64,000 bases of DNA from an uncultured Pelagibacteraceae bacterium. GTDB taxonomy: Bacteria > Pseudomonadota > Alphaproteobacteria > Pelagibacterales > Pelagibacteraceae. The stretch is taken from NCBI GenBank assembly GCA_902563075.1, contig CACEWC010000003.1, positions 1,324 to 65,323 of the forward strand. Direction: 5' to 3'. The notes beneath the pieces were generated by a model that searched no databases, was not told where the DNA came from, and worked only from the letters and a program-made list of their open reading frames with translations. The translations under genes and the position numbers were made by a program. Of this stretch, positions 11,802-23,313 are shown in pieces (the first letter of the stretch is position 1; each line of letters begins with the position of its first letter).

Positions 11802-13088
11802 CTATAGCTTAAATAATTCTTTACCGTTTACAAATGTATTTGTGACTCTGCCTTGAAGTTTTTTATCTTCGATTGATGTGTTTTTTGATTTTGAGATAAG
11901 CTTATCTTTTTTTACAATCCATGGTTTATCTATATCAACTATACAAAGATCGGCATCATTACCAATAGATAGATCCCCTTTGTTTATTTTCAATATTTTA
12001 GCAGGATTTGATGTTAATGCTTTTATAATTGTCTCTAATTTGAGTGATCCGTTATGATATAATTCTAAACTTAGAGACAGAAGAGTTTCTATCCCTGACG
12101 CACCAGTTGCTGCTTGAGCAAATGTTAATCTTTTCGACTCTTCATCTTCAGGTTTATGATCTGAAACTATTACATCGATTAAATTGTCCTTTAAACCTTG
12201 GACTAAAGCTAATCTATCCTCTTCTCTTCTTAATGGCGGGGATAATTTCAAAAATGTTTTGAAATCTCCAATGTCGTTTTCATTTAAAGATAAGTTATTA
12301 ACCGAAACACCACATGTGAATTTTACTATTTCCTTTCTTGATTTAATTACTTCAATAGACTTTTGTGATGATAATTGAGAGATATGATATCTGCATTTAA
12401 CCTTTTCGAGTAATGTTAAATCTCTCTCGATCAGAATACGCTCAGCGATTTCAGGTATACCAGACAGACCTAATTTTGAAGCAATTATTCCAGAGTTAAT
12501 CATGCCATTTTTTGCTAGCTCGTAATCTTCAGCGTGCTGCATTATTAAACTACCCAAATCTTTAGCAGAGTTCATTATTCTAGACATCAATCTTGGATTT
12601 TGAATTGTTTTAACACCATCGGTAAATGCAATTATTCCTTTACTTTGTAACAAACCAAATTCAGTCATATTTGTGCCCTCAGTGTTTTTGGTTAAGGAGG
12701 CACATGGAAAAATGTTTATCTTTGATTTGTCTCTTCCTCTTCTTTTTAGAAAATCGACTATAGAAACGTTGTCAATAATTGGATCTGTATTAGGCATTGT
12801 TACAACTGAAGTAACACCACCTGCGAGTGCTGCATTGCTTAAAGTTCTAAAATTTTCTTTATATTCATATCCCGGTTCACCAACAAAAACTCTCATATCA
12901 ACTAATCCAGGAAATATATATTTACCTTTTAAATCAATTGGTTTTTCTCGACTCGGCAAATTATTAGTATTAACCTTTTTTCCAATGGCTTCAATTTTTC
13001 CATCTTCACTTATAATCAGACCCCCATTCTCATTCATTGAGTTATAAGGATCAATTATATTTGCGTTTATAAAATATTGTTTTTTCAT
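11802..13088 (-). CDS. pyrC: Dihydroorotase-like protein, possibly catalytically inactive PyrC' type
   Basis: Amidohydrolase motifs GGVTSVVTMPNT, KLSPPLR, SDHKP, next to pyrB; HxH Zn motif replaced by DMRVF. Confidence 0.85.
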   Translation of the reverse strand: MKKQYFINANIIDPYNSMNENGGLIISEDGKIEAIGKKVNTNNLPSREKPIDLKGKYIFPGLVDMRVFVGEPGYEYKENFRTLSNAALAGGVTSVVTMPNTDPIIDNVSIVDFLKRRGRDKSKINIFPCASLTKNTEGTNMTEFGLLQSKGIIAFTDGVKTIQNPRLMSRIMNSAKDLGSLIMQHAEDYELAKNGMINSGIIASKLGLSGIPEIAERILIERDLTLLEKVKCRYHISQLSSQKSIEVIKSRKEIVKFTCGVSVNNLSLNENDIGDFKTFLKLSPPLRREEDRLALVQGLKDNLIDVIVSDHKPEDEESKRLTFAQAATGASGIETLLSLSLELYHNGSLKLETIIKALTSNPAKILKINKGDLSIGNDADLCIVDIDKPWIVKKDKLISKSKNTSIEDKKLQGRVTNTFVNGKELFKL

Positions 13089-14030
13089 CTATGTACAAAA
13101 TATTTTTAGACAAGCCATTCTTACCGCAACACCTAATTCAACTTGTTCTTTAATTACACTTTTATTGATATCATCAGCTAAAATTGTATCTATTTCTATC
13201 CCTCTATTCATTGGACCAGGATGCATTATTAAAGCATCTGACTTGGCATGTTCTAATTTATCTGGAGTTAATCCATAATATTCATAATATTCTCTATTGG
13301 ATGAAAGATATGAACTCGTCATTCGTTCATTTTGCAATCTCAACATCATAACAATATCACAATCTTTCAATCCTTTTTTCATATCTGTAAAAGTATTAAC
13401 ACCAAATTTTTCAATTTCTTTTGGCATAAGATTTGTTGGAGCAACAATATTCACCTCTGCTCCTAACATACTAAGTAAATAAATATTTGATCTAGCAACT
13501 CTTGAATGAAGTATATCACCACAGATTGCTATTTTTAATCCTTGTATTTTTTTTTTACGAGTAATAATTGTTAATGCATCTAATAAAGCTTGAGTAGGGT
13601 GCTCTCTTCTTCCATCACCAGCATTAAGAACTGCGCAGTTTACTTTTTGTGAAAGTAGATTACAAGCTCCAGAATCTTGATGTCTAATTACAATAATATC
13701 AGGATGCATTGCATTTAGCGTCATTGCTGTATCTATCAATGTTTCACCTTTTTTAATTGCTGAGTTGCTAATATTCATTGACATAACGTCAGCCCCAAGT
13801 CTTTTGCCAGCTAATTCAAAAGAGCTTTGAGTTCTAGTGGAAGGTTCAAAAAATAAATTAATTTGAGTTTTACCTCTTAAAACATCAACTTTCTTATTTT
13901 TACTTTGATTTACTTTTATAAATGAATTTGCTTCATCAAGTATTAAATTAACATCATTGATTGATAAATCTTGAATTCCTAAAAGGTGTTTTTGAGAAAT
14001 TTTAATAGCCTGATTTGTTTTAATTGCCAT
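13089..14030 (-). CDS. pyrB: Aspartate carbamoyltransferase catalytic subunit
   Basis: [40 protein letters not shown]. Confidence 0.98.
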   Translation of the reverse strand: MAIKTNQAIKISQKHLLGIQDLSINDVNLILDEANSFIKVNQSKNKKVDVLRGKTQINLFFEPSTRTQSSFELAGKRLGADVMSMNISNSAIKKGETLIDTAMTLNAMHPDIIVIRHQDSGACNLLSQKVNCAVLNAGDGRREHPTQALLDALTIITRKKKIQGLKIAICGDILHSRVARSNIYLLSMLGAEVNIVAPTNLMPKEIEKFGVNTFTDMKKGLKDCDIVMMLRLQNERMTSSYLSSNREYYEYYGLTPDKLEHAKSDALIMHPGPMNRGIEIDTILADDINKSVIKEQVELGVAVRMACLKIFCT

Positions 14031-14072
14031 TAAAACAAACTCTATAACTATAAACTCCTATAATATCAAGTA

Positions 14073-14528
14073 TTAATTATTTAAAAAATCTAAAGCTCCT
14101 TGTAATATAAAAGCAGCAGCATTTTCATCTATCTTTTTTTCTCTTTTACTCACATTAATATCTAATTGGCTAGACAGATTAAAAGCACCTACAGTTGAGA
14201 GTCTTTCATCCCAGAGACAAATTGGTATATCTAAATTTCTTTCAATATTTTCTGTTGTATCTTTTACTGATTGAGCTGACCTGCCTGAGGATCCATCCAT
14301 ATTAAGAGGATTTCCAACAATGATTCCTTTTATGTCATTTTCATTAATGATTAACTTGAGTTCATTAATAAGATCCTTAAGCGAATTTCTATCTAATGTT
14401 TTTAATGGAGTAGCTATTAATTGTTTGTCATCACAGATTGACACACCAATTCTTTTAGAACCCAGGTCTAAACCTATCAATCTACACTTATCTAAGTGTT
14501 TTTTTTTAAATTCATCTAAAGTGATCAT
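14073..14528 (-). CDS. ruvX: YqgF/RuvX family pre-16S rRNA nuclease
   Basis: LIGLDLGSKRIGVS, GNPLNMDGS, WDERLST, IDENAAAFILQ. Confidence 0.92.
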   Translation of the reverse strand: MITLDEFKKKHLDKCRLIGLDLGSKRIGVSICDDKQLIATPLKTLDRNSLKDLINELKLIINENDIKGIIVGNPLNMDGSSGRSAQSVKDTTENIERNLDIPICLWDERLSTVGAFNLSSQLDINVSKREKKIDENAAAFILQGALDFLNN

Positions 14529-14578
14529 ATTGTATATTTTAAACTTAAGTGATACTTTGCCTCATATTTAAATAGCAT

Positions 14579-14866
14579 ATGAGTATAGATCTTAAAACAA
14601 TAAAACATATATCTAAATTATCAAGAATTTCAGTTGATGAGCAAAGAGCTAAAAAATTAGCTGGTGATTTAAATTCTATTTTTGATTTTATTGAAAAACT
14701 TAATGAATTAAAAACAGATAATGTAGAACCATTAACCTCTATTGCTGAAACAACTCTAAAATTAAGATCTGACGAAGTAAAAAGTAAAAATATAAGAGAA
14801 CAGATTATTAAAAATTCCCCTCAAGATAATGAGGATTATTTTGTAGTACCAAAGGTAATTGAATAA
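14579..14866 (+). CDS. gatC: Asp/Glu-tRNA amidotransferase subunit C
   Basis: HISKLSRI, VEPLTS, YFVVPKVIE; upstream of gatA. Confidence 0.95.
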   Translation: MSIDLKTIKHISKLSRISVDEQRAKKLAGDLNSIFDFIEKLNELKTDNVEPLTSIAETTLKLRSDEVKSKNIREQIIKNSPQDNEDYFVVPKVIE

Positions 14867-16323
14867 TGTCAGATATAACAAAACAATCTCTAACAGAGTT
14901 AGTTGAAAATATTAAAAATAAAAAACTTTCCTCAACAGATGTGACCAAAGCTTTTATTGATAGATCTGAAAAATCTGAGGAATTGAACGCTTATATTACA
15001 AATGACTTTACCTCTGCTTTAGAAAAAGCAAAAAAATTTGACCAAAAACCTAATTTAGATTCAAAACTGCCTGGTATTCCAATGGCTGTTAAGGATTTAT
15101 TTTGCACAAAAGATATTAAAACAACTGCTGGTAGCAAAATTTTAAATAATTTTGTACCAACCTACGAGTCAACAGTCACTGAAAATATTTGGAATGAAGG
15201 TGCAATACTTTTAGGTAAACTAAACTGTGATGAGTTTGCAATGGGTTCATCAAATGAAACAAGTTTTTTTGGTAATGTTCAAAGCCCTATTGATAGGAAT
15301 TTAGTTCCAGGTGGATCATCAGGCGGCTCAGCCTCAGCAGTAGCTGGACAATTAACTCCTGTTACAATTGGTACTGATACTGGAGGATCAATTAGACAGC
15401 CAGCTTCTTTTACTGGGATTGTTGGATTGAAACCTACATATGGAAGTTGTTCAAGATATGGAATAGTTGCTTTTGCTTCATCATTAGATCAAGCAGGACC
15501 GATGGCACAAAATGTTAAAGATTGTGCTTTACTACATGAAGTAATTAGCTCTTATGATCCAAAAGACTCTACTTCAATAGATTTTAAAAGAAATCATTAC
15601 AGCAAAGAACTTACAAATAATATTAAGGGAAAAAAAATTGGAATACCAAAAGAATATAGAGTTGATGGTATGCCTAAAGAAATTGAAGATCTTTGGCAAA
15701 AAGGTATTCAGTACGTTAAAGATTGTGGTGCTGAGACCATTGATATTTCTCTTCCAAACACAAGTTATGCCTTACCGACTTATTATATAGTTGCTCCTGC
15801 AGAGGCATCATCAAATTTAGCAAGATATGATGGTGTCAAATATGGATATAGAGCCAAAGGTGAAAATTTAATTGATATGTATGAAAAAACTAGATCAGAA
15901 GGTTTTGGAGCTGAAGTTCAAAGAAGAATTATGATTGGAACTTATGTTTTATCTTCTGGATATTACGATGCATATTATCTTAAAGCTCAAAAAGTAAGGA
16001 AACTTATCAAAAATGATTTTGATGAGGCTTATAAAAAAGTCGATGCAATATTAACTCCATCAACACCTAGCTCAGCATTTAAAATAGGTGAAAAAACAAA
16101 CGACCCGGTTTCAATGTATCTTAATGATATATTTACAGTTCCTGTTAACTTAGCTGGACTTCCAGGTATTTCAATACCTGCAGGTCATGACTCAAAAGGT
16201 TATCCTTTAGGTTTACAAATTATTGGTAAAGCTTTTGATGAGCAAAATATATTGAATATAGCTTATGCTATGGAAGAAAAGATTAATTTTAAAAATAAAA
16301 TTACTGATTGGTGGATAAAATGA
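14866..16323 (+). CDS. gatA: Asp/Glu-tRNA amidotransferase subunit A
   Basis: Amidase signature [30 protein letters not shown]. Confidence 0.98.
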   Translation: MSDITKQSLTELVENIKNKKLSSTDVTKAFIDRSEKSEELNAYITNDFTSALEKAKKFDQKPNLDSKLPGIPMAVKDLFCTKDIKTTAGSKILNNFVPTYESTVTENIWNEGAILLGKLNCDEFAMGSSNETSFFGNVQSPIDRNLVPGGSSGGSASAVAGQLTPVTIGTDTGGSIRQPASFTGIVGLKPTYGSCSRYGIVAFASSLDQAGPMAQNVKDCALLHEVISSYDPKDSTSIDFKRNHYSKELTNNIKGKKIGIPKEYRVDGMPKEIEDLWQKGIQYVKDCGAETIDISLPNTSYALPTYYIVAPAEASSNLARYDGVKYGYRAKGENLIDMYEKTRSEGFGAEVQRRIMIGTYVLSSGYYDAYYLKAQKVRKLIKNDFDEAYKKVDAILTPSTPSSAFKIGEKTNDPVSMYLNDIFTVPVNLAGLPGISIPAGHDSKGYPLGLQIIGKAFDEQNILNIAYAMEEKINFKNKITDWWIK

Positions 16324-17795
16324 GTAAAAAAGATTCAGAATACTTAATTAATCGAAAAGATAATCAGTATGAGGTTGTAATTGGTTTAGAAGTTCATGCT
16401 CAAGTTTTATCTGATTCAAAATTATTTTCTACTTCTGCAACTAAATTTGGAGCAGAGCCGAATACGCAGGTTAGTTTAGTTGATGCTGCATTTCCAGGAA
16501 TGCTACCAGTAATAAATGAATTTTGTGTCAAACAAGCAATCAAAACCGGTATTGGTCTTAATGCGAAAATTAATAAACGTTCAGTGTTTGATAGAAAAAA
16601 TTATTTTTACGCTGATTTGCCTCAAGGATATCAAATTTCACAATTTAAAGATCCAATAGTAGGTGAGGGCAAAGTTATTTTGGATATGCCTAATGGTCAA
16701 AAAGAAGTTGGTATAGAAAGATTACATCTAGAACAAGATGCTGGAAAAAGCATACATGATCTTGACCCACAAAATACCTTTGTTGATTTGAACAGATCTG
16801 GGGTAGCTTTAATGGAAATAGTAAGCAAGCCTGATCTGAGATCCCCAGATGAGGTTAATGCTTATATTAAAAAATTACGATCTATAATGAGATACCTAGG
16901 AACTTGTGACGGAAATATGCAAGAGGGTTCTTTAAGGGCTGATGTGAATGTTTCTGTTAGACCAAAAGGCTCAAAAGAATTTGGTACAAGGTGTGAAATT
17001 AAAAACGTTAATTCAATTAAATTTATGCAAATGGCAATAGAATATGAGGCTAATAGACAGGTTGATTTAATAGAAGAAGGCAAAACTATTGATCAAGAAA
17101 CAAGACTTTTTGATACGAAGAAAAATGAGACAAGATCAATGAGATCTAAAGAAGATGCTCATGATTATAGATATTTTCCTGATCCTGATTTGTTACCTTT
17201 AGAGGTTTCAGAAAAATTTATTGAAGAACTTAAAAATGATATTCCAGAACTCCCAGATGATAAGAAAAAAAGATTTATTGAAGATTTTAAATTGTCTCCT
17301 TATGAAGCGAATATTTTGGTGTCTGATATTGATACTGCGAAATATTTTGAAGAGGTTGTAGCTAAAATGGGCAAAAACAAAGATATTAAGTTAGCAGTTA
17401 ATTGGATTACAGGAGAACTATTTGCAGTTTTGAATAGCAAAGGTTTAGAAATTTCTCAAAGTCCAGTGAGTGCAAAGAATTTTGCCATATTGATTAATCT
17501 AATTAAGAATGGAACCATTTCAGGAAAAATAGCAAAAACTGTTTTTGAAATAATGATTGATGGAGATAAAGATCCACAAAAAATTGTTGAAGAAAAAGGA
17601 TTAAAGCAACAAAGTGATCCAAAGGCTTTAGAGGCTTTAATTGATAAAATAATTAATGATAACAGAGAAAAAGCTATTGAATATAAACAAGGTAAAGAAA
17701 AATTATTTGGTTTTTTTGTTGGTCAAGCAATGAAGGCATCGGGTGGAAAAGCTAACCCTCAATTAATCAATGAGATCCTAAAGAAAAAGTTATAA
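16320..17795 (+). CDS. gatB: Asp/Glu-tRNA amidotransferase subunit B (ATG 16320 overlaps gatA stop)
   Basis: [39 protein letters not shown]. Confidence 0.98.
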   Translation: MSKKDSEYLINRKDNQYEVVIGLEVHAQVLSDSKLFSTSATKFGAEPNTQVSLVDAAFPGMLPVINEFCVKQAIKTGIGLNAKINKRSVFDRKNYFYADLPQGYQISQFKDPIVGEGKVILDMPNGQKEVGIERLHLEQDAGKSIHDLDPQNTFVDLNRSGVALMEIVSKPDLRSPDEVNAYIKKLRSIMRYLGTCDGNMQEGSLRADVNVSVRPKGSKEFGTRCEIKNVNSIKFMQMAIEYEANRQVDLIEEGKTIDQETRLFDTKKNETRSMRSKEDAHDYRYFPDPDLLPLEVSEKFIEELKNDIPELPDDKKKRFIEDFKLSPYEANILVSDIDTAKYFEEVVAKMGKNKDIKLAVNWITGELFAVLNSKGLEISQSPVSAKNFAILINLIKNGTISGKIAKTVFEIMIDGDKDPQKIVEEKGLKQQSDPKALEALIDKIINDNREKAIEYKQGKEKLFGFFVGQAMKASGGKANPQLINEILKKKL

Positions 17796-17799
17796 GGTT

Positions 17800-18450
17800 A
17801 TGGGTTCAGACCTTAATATCACAAAACATTTACAAGATTATATATTAAAGAATGGTTTAAAATTACATCCAATTCAAAGAGAAATAATAGATTATAATTT
17901 ATCACTTGGTGACTCACAAAAAATGCAAGTATCTATCTCACAATGCCAATTTCTACATTTGATAATTAAAGTTTCTAAAATTAAAAAAGTTCTCGAAATA
18001 GGAACTTTTACAGGTTTAAGTACACTATCCATGGCCTTAGCTTTGCCAGAAGAAGGTATAATAATTGCTTTGGATAAAAATGAGGAAACTAACAAAATTG
18101 CTCAAAACTTTTTTAAAAAAGCTAATCAAGGTCACAAGATTAAAACAATAGTTAAACCAGCTCTAGAAAGTTTAATGAGTATTAGAAATGAAAAATTTGA
18201 TTTAGTTTTTATTGATGCAGATAAAATGAATTACAAGAAATATTATGAAATTTCTTTGGATTTATTGAATAAAGAGGGCTTAGTAATAATCGATAATGTA
18301 CTATGGCATGGTGAAGTTGTTAACAAAGATATAAATGATAAATTTACAAAAAATATAAGAGATTTGAATGAATTTATCTCTAAGGATAAAAGAATTGAAA
18401 AGGTCATGGTACCTTTTGGTGATGGAATGACTGTTTGTAGGAAGATCTAA
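17800..18450 (+). CDS. Class I SAM-dependent O-methyltransferase (caffeoyl-CoA OMT-like)
   Basis: VLEIGTFTGLS, FDLVFIDADK.NY, IIDNVLWHG. Confidence 0.9.
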   Translation: MGSDLNITKHLQDYILKNGLKLHPIQREIIDYNLSLGDSQKMQVSISQCQFLHLIIKVSKIKKVLEIGTFTGLSTLSMALALPEEGIIIALDKNEETNKIAQNFFKKANQGHKIKTIVKPALESLMSIRNEKFDLVFIDADKMNYKKYYEISLDLLNKEGLVIIDNVLWHGEVVNKDINDKFTKNIRDLNEFISKDKRIEKVMVPFGDGMTVCRKI

Positions 18451-19358
18451 TGTTCACTGTATTTGGTTTTTATAAATTTCAAAAAATAAATAATTTAAAA
18501 AAAAATCAAAAAATATTGAGTAATCTCTTAGCTAATAATAATATCAATGGATCAATTATTATATCCAAAGAGGGTCTAAATGGATCAATATGTGGAATAA
18601 ATAAAGATATTAAGACTACAATTATTAGGCTAAAAAAAATTTTGAATATCAAAAAATTTGATAGTTTAAATAATTCTATAAGTATATTTAAACCTTTTCA
18701 CAAACCAAAAGTAAAAATTAAAAATGAGGTTGTTCCAATGGATCTTATAATGTCGAATAGGATCAATAAAAAGAATACCCATATTGATCCAACAAAATGG
18801 AATAAATTGATAAAAAAAAAAGAAACTCTTTTATTAGATGCGAGAAAACCTTTTGAACATAAAGTTGGATCTTTTAAAAAATCTGTAAATCCAAATATAG
18901 GTAACTTTAGAGATTTCCCAAAATATTTAAAAAAATTAAAAAAAGATCAGCCAATAGCAATGTTTTGCACTGGTGGGATTAGATGTGAAAAAGCCTCTGT
19001 ATATCTGGAAAAAAAAGGTTTTAAAAATATTTATCAATTAAAGGGCGGAATTCTTAATTATCTGAAGAAAATCAAACAAAAAAACAGTTTATGGAAAGGT
19101 GAATGTTTTGTATTTGACAACAGGGTAAGTTTAAAACATGGATTAGTACAAGGAACTTACTCAATTTGCGGTGGATGTAGACAACCAATCTCAGTTAAAG
19201 ATAAAAAATCTAAAAGATACGAGGAGGGTGTAACTTGCCCTAATTGTTTTGATAAACTCTCGAAAAACCAAAAATCTCGTTTTAGAATGAGACAAAGTCA
19301 GATATACAAGGCAAAGCTATCAAAAAAAAAATATAATTTTCAAAAAGAATTTAACTAA
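18450..19358 (+). CDS. trhO: Rhodanese-domain tRNA uridine(34) hydroxylase TrhO/YceA family
   Basis: EGLNGSI, MFCTGGIRCEKAS, LKGGILNY, GECFVFDNRV, YEEGVTCPNC. Confidence 0.88.
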   Translation: MFTVFGFYKFQKINNLKKNQKILSNLLANNNINGSIIISKEGLNGSICGINKDIKTTIIRLKKILNIKKFDSLNNSISIFKPFHKPKVKIKNEVVPMDLIMSNRINKKNTHIDPTKWNKLIKKKETLLLDARKPFEHKVGSFKKSVNPNIGNFRDFPKYLKKLKKDQPIAMFCTGGIRCEKASVYLEKKGFKNIYQLKGGILNYLKKIKQKNSLWKGECFVFDNRVSLKHGLVQGTYSICGGCRQPISVKDKKSKRYEEGVTCPNCFDKLSKNQKSRFRMRQSQIYKAKLSKKKYNFQKEFN

Positions 19359-19366
19359 GGATTTAT

Positions 19367-20737
19367 TTGTCACAATCTTTCAAATTAACTAAAGATCCGA
19401 TATGGTTTTTATTAAGAAAAGTTACTATTCCAGCAAGTGTTGGCTCATTATTTCAAACTTTTTACAATTTAGTAGATACTTGGTTTGCAGGAAGAATATC
19501 TGCTGAAGCAATAGCGGCGATTGCAAAATCTTTTCCAATTTATTTTACTATTATAGCTATAGGTGTTGGTTTAACTGCTGGAACAAATACTTTAATTGGA
19601 AATAATATAGGGGCTAATAATAAAAATAAGGCGTCATTATTTGTTGCTCAATCAATTATTTTTGCAATCTTTTTATCCATACTAGTTACTTTTTTTGGTT
19701 TGAATGTTTCAGATTTTTTACTTTCTCTAATGGGATCAGACCAAGAGGCAATTATATTAACAAGAAAATATCTAGATGTAATTTTTTATGGAACTATAAT
19801 TGTGTTAATACAAATTTCCTTAAATGGAACTCTAAATGCACAAGGGGATACAAAAAGTTACAGAAACGTTTTAATTTTTAGTTTCTTTTTAAATATTATT
19901 CTAAATCCATTATTTATTTTTGGTTATGGTTTTATTCCAGCATTTGGTATAGCTGGACTTGCAATAGCTACTGTAGTGGCTCAGTTTGTTGGTCTTTTGT
20001 ATTTAGCATATAAAGTTTATTGTTGTGAATTAAAACAATATCTTAAGCCTGAGTGTTTTATTCCAAAATTTGATCTTCTTGGGGAACTCTTGTATCAAAC
20101 GATTCCTGTGATGTTTAGCATGTTGTTGATTGGTGTAGGTTTATTCAATATCCTTTACTTCATTGGTCAATTTGGAGATTTAGCTACTGCTGGTTATGGT
20201 GCTGCTCTTAGAATTGAACAAGTTTTTCTACTTCCTGTAATTGGATTAAATACAGCGGTATTATCAATTGGAGGACAAAATTTTGGTGCAAAAAATTATG
20301 ATCGATTGAGAGAATTATACAGAAAAGCTTTAATGTTTGGATCATCTTTTATGATCTGTGCAGGAATAATAATATTTTTAGGTGCAGAGTTTTTAGTTTC
20401 ATTATTTACTGATAACCAAGAGGCAATAAAGCATGGTGCGATATATTTAAAAGTTGCTGCATTAATTGGCCCAATTTATCCTGTTTTTTTTATAACCACT
20501 GCAGTATTCCAAGCAGTGAAAAAACCATTGTACAGTCTTTATCTAAGTATTCTTAGATTAACAGCTCTCCCATTTTTAAGTTTATGGTATGTAATTAATA
20601 TTAAAGGTGGGGATTATGAGGATATTTTTTATACGATTTTAGTAACAAATTGGTTTATGGGAATTGCAGTTCTAATGTTTATTGGGTATTTTTTGAATAA
20701 TGTTTTCAAACAAAAAAAAAGTCTTTTTACTTACTAG
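19367..20737 (+). CDS. MATE-family efflux transporter (TTG start)
   Basis: YNLVDTWFAG, NIILNPLFIFG, GIAGLAIATVVAQ, GQNFGAK; about 12 TM segments. Confidence 0.9.
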   Translation: MSQSFKLTKDPIWFLLRKVTIPASVGSLFQTFYNLVDTWFAGRISAEAIAAIAKSFPIYFTIIAIGVGLTAGTNTLIGNNIGANNKNKASLFVAQSIIFAIFLSILVTFFGLNVSDFLLSLMGSDQEAIILTRKYLDVIFYGTIIVLIQISLNGTLNAQGDTKSYRNVLIFSFFLNIILNPLFIFGYGFIPAFGIAGLAIATVVAQFVGLLYLAYKVYCCELKQYLKPECFIPKFDLLGELLYQTIPVMFSMLLIGVGLFNILYFIGQFGDLATAGYGAALRIEQVFLLPVIGLNTAVLSIGGQNFGAKNYDRLRELYRKALMFGSSFMICAGIIIFLGAEFLVSLFTDNQEAIKHGAIYLKVAALIGPIYPVFFITTAVFQAVKKPLYSLYLSILRLTALPFLSLWYVINIKGGDYEDIFYTILVTNWFMGIAVLMFIGYFLNNVFKQKKSLFTY

Positions 20738-21179
20738 TATTTGTCTAATATTTTTCTTTGTTACATACCTTGATGTAAAATCTAGTGAAATAAAGGTTAT
20801 AGATGGAGATACCATTCATTTAAAAAACGAAAAAATTCGTTTTAGTGGGATTGATACTCCTGAAATTAAACAAATTTGTAATAAGAATAATGAGGTTATT
20901 AAATGTGGAGTTCAAGCAAAACAATTACTTATTAATAAGATAGGTAAAAACAAAGTAAGATGTGTCAAGGAGGGTACAGATAGATATAAGAGAATTTTAG
21001 CTGAATGTTTTGTAAATAATCAAAGTCTATCTAAGTATCTTGTTCGAGAAGGTTATGCTTTTGCTTACAGGAAATATTCAACAAAATATATTCCAGATGA
21101 GAATTATGCCAAAAAAAATAAAAAGGGTATGTGGGCAATGACTTTTGAATATCCTTGGGACTATAGAAGAAAAAATTAA
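20700..21179 (+). CDS. Thermonuclease (SNase) family protein with N-terminal signal/anchor
   Basis: VIDGDTI, IRFSGIDTPE, DRYKRILA, LVREGYA, PWDYRR. Confidence 0.92.
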   Translation: MFSNKKKVFLLTSICLIFFFVTYLDVKSSEIKVIDGDTIHLKNEKIRFSGIDTPEIKQICNKNNEVIKCGVQAKQLLINKIGKNKVRCVKEGTDRYKRILAECFVNNQSLSKYLVREGYAFAYRKYSTKYIPDENYAKKNKKGMWAMTFEYPWDYRRKN

Positions 21180-21907
21180 TCTTTTTGTAATTTTTTTTCT
21201 AATTTTCTTACAAGATAAGAAACAATTAATATCAAGACTAAATATTCTAGAATTAGAAATGTATATATTTCAAGTGGCCGATAAGTTGTCACAACCAATT
21301 CGTTTGCTTTTCTAGTCAGATCTCCAATACCAATTATCGATACAAGAGAGGACATTTTAAGCACATATACAAATTGATTACCAATAGCTGGTAAAATATT
21401 CTTTATTGCTTGAGGTAGAATTACTAATCTTAATTTTCTAAAAAAACTTAATCCTAAAGAACTTCCAGCTTCCCATTGTGATTTTTTTATTGAATTAATT
21501 CCTGCTCTAAATATTTCTGCTTGAAAAGCACTTTCGCTAATCGACAGCGCAATGATACCAGAAACGAATGGGCTAAAACTTATACCCGTCATGATTGGAA
21601 GACCATAATAAATCCATAAGATTAAAACCAGTAAAGGAATTGCTCTTACAATCTCAACATAACCAATATTTAGGTAGGTTAAGAATTTACTTTTAGCCAG
21701 TGATGGAATAGCAACTAAAAGACCAAGAATAATTGAAATAATGATTGAGACTATGCTAATATAAATAGTAGTTGTCAAACCACTAAGTAAAAACTTCAGA
21801 TTAGTTAACCCCTCAATGTTGTTTGGTGATAAGATTAACCAGTTCAATTCACTTTTACCACATGAGGTTAATGGAAAGATTAGAATTAATAAAAGTAGAT
21901 TTTTCAC
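21176..21907 (-). CDS. Polar amino-acid ABC transporter permease (HisM/GlnP type)
   Basis: YVEIVRAIPLLV, AEIFRAGI.SI...QWEAG.SLG (EAA loop), LKMSSLVS. Confidence 0.92.
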   Translation of the reverse strand: MKNLLLLILIFPLTSCGKSELNWLILSPNNIEGLTNLKFLLSGLTTTIYISIVSIIISIILGLLVAIPSLAKSKFLTYLNIGYVEIVRAIPLLVLILWIYYGLPIMTGISFSPFVSGIIALSISESAFQAEIFRAGINSIKKSQWEAGSSLGLSFFRKLRLVILPQAIKNILPAIGNQFVYVLKMSSLVSIIGIGDLTRKANELVVTTYRPLEIYTFLILEYLVLILIVSYLVRKLEKKLQKD

Positions 21908-21947
21908 TACTTAACTTATAAAGAATAAAAAATTAATTACTAATTTT

Positions 21948-22715
21948 TTATAAGCTCTTTAGATTATATTTAGCTAATAACTTTGTGAAGAAGCCTGAAG
22001 ATTTTTTGTCTTTAATCCATTTATTGACATAATCATTCCACTTAGTATCACCTTTTGGCACCATCATTGCTAAAAATGCTGGATTTTTTCCACCATCTGG
22101 AACGATTGCTAACTGAGGATATTTAATAACTAATTTATTTGCCTCTGTTGAACTTGTAATATTACCATCAGCTCTACCTGCTAAGACTTCTTGGAAGTCT
22201 CTTGCTGGTGCTTCAATTGAGTTTAATTTTGATTTTGGGAAAAATTCTTTTGCCTTTTCCTCTTGAGAAGTACCAAGAGTAGTTGCGATTGTTACATTTG
22301 AATTATTAAGCGAGTCCCAAGTAGGAAATTTTTTTAAGTTCTTTTTGAGAACAAGTGGCACAGTAGCATATTTGTAATAAGTATCGGTAAAACCAGCTAC
22401 TTCAGCTCTCTTTGGCGTTTTTGTAACACTAGTTGAGATATCATATCTTGCAGATGTTATTCCTGAAACTATAGTTTTCCATTCTGCGGGTACAAACTCA
22501 ATTTTTACACCCATATCTTTAGCTAATTGATTCATTACATCGATATCGAAACCTTTATATTTGTTGGTTGCAGGATCTTTGACTGTCATAGGATCCCAAT
22601 CTCCAGTAGTACCAACTTTAAGTACTCCAGAAGACAAAATTTTATCTAGATTAGATTCTGCGTTTAGTGAGAATGGTAAAAGAGCAAATAATGCTACTAA
22701 AAATAATTTTTTCAT
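21948..22715 (-). CDS. SBP family 3 periplasmic solute-binding protein, cyclohexadienyl dehydratase-like subfamily
   Basis: Signal peptide; [37 protein letters not shown]. Confidence 0.85.
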   Translation of the reverse strand: MKKLFLVALFALLPFSLNAESNLDKILSSGVLKVGTTGDWDPMTVKDPATNKYKGFDIDVMNQLAKDMGVKIEFVPAEWKTIVSGITSARYDISTSVTKTPKRAEVAGFTDTYYKYATVPLVLKKNLKKFPTWDSLNNSNVTIATTLGTSQEEKAKEFFPKSKLNSIEAPARDFQEVLAGRADGNITSSTEANKLVIKYPQLAIVPDGGKNPAFLAMMVPKGDTKWNDYVNKWIKDKKSSGFFTKLLAKYNLKSL

Positions 22716-22749
22716 AATTTTATTTAACTTATTTGAGATCTAAATGTGA

Positions 22750-23313
22750 CTATAATCTTGACGCACTATCATTCATCCATGCGAATAAATGCTCAGAAAA
22801 TGAGCGTCTTACAAACAAATTCACTTCATTTTTATTTTGATTATGAATGATTACATCTATTTTTGCGAGAATTGTTTGGGTCACTGAGCCAATTTTACCC
22901 TTAAAATCATTAAAATTAAAAGGAGAGCCTGTTTGAAACAAATCATATATCTTATCTCCTTTGAGATTAATCCTCACGAATTGATCTGTGACATCCACCA
23001 CAGCTCCTAAATTTAATTTAGATATGTTTTTATTCAAAAGGGTTTCAGTTTCATAAGAATTTGTATTTTCTTTAACAACGCTATTTGAAAAAATCATCCA
23101 TTCATCAGGACTCAACCATAGAGCAGTCAATTTTTCACTTTGAGTGGAAGTATTTGCTTTTGTAGGCAAAACCATATTTAAAGATTTACCAACAGCTGAT
23201 AAAAATTCTCTTTTTTTACCTCTTACTATCAATTTCATAACAGGTTTAACCTCGTTCATTTGTAGACCTTGATATGATTTTTCCTCTTTAATTGTATGAT
23301 TATAATTTAGCAT
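22750..23313 (-). CDS. soxG: Sarcosine oxidase subunit gamma
   Basis: ALWLSPDEW, VVDVTD, LFVRRSFSEHL; last gene of soxBDAG. Confidence 0.92.
   Translation of the reverse strand: MLNYNHTIKEEKSYQGLQMNEVKPVMKLIVRGKKREFLSAVGKSLNMVLPTKANTSTQSEKLTALWLSPDEWMIFSNSVVKENTNSYETETLLNKNISKLNLGAVVDVTDQFVRINLKGDKIYDLFQTGSPFNFNDFKGKIGSVTQTILAKIDVIIHNQNKNEVNLFVRRSFSEHLFAWMNDSASRL

Noticed and set aside
20700-21179. Thermonuclease as part of a defence or toxin system
   Set aside because: A solitary secreted-type SNase with no immunity or defence neighbours.
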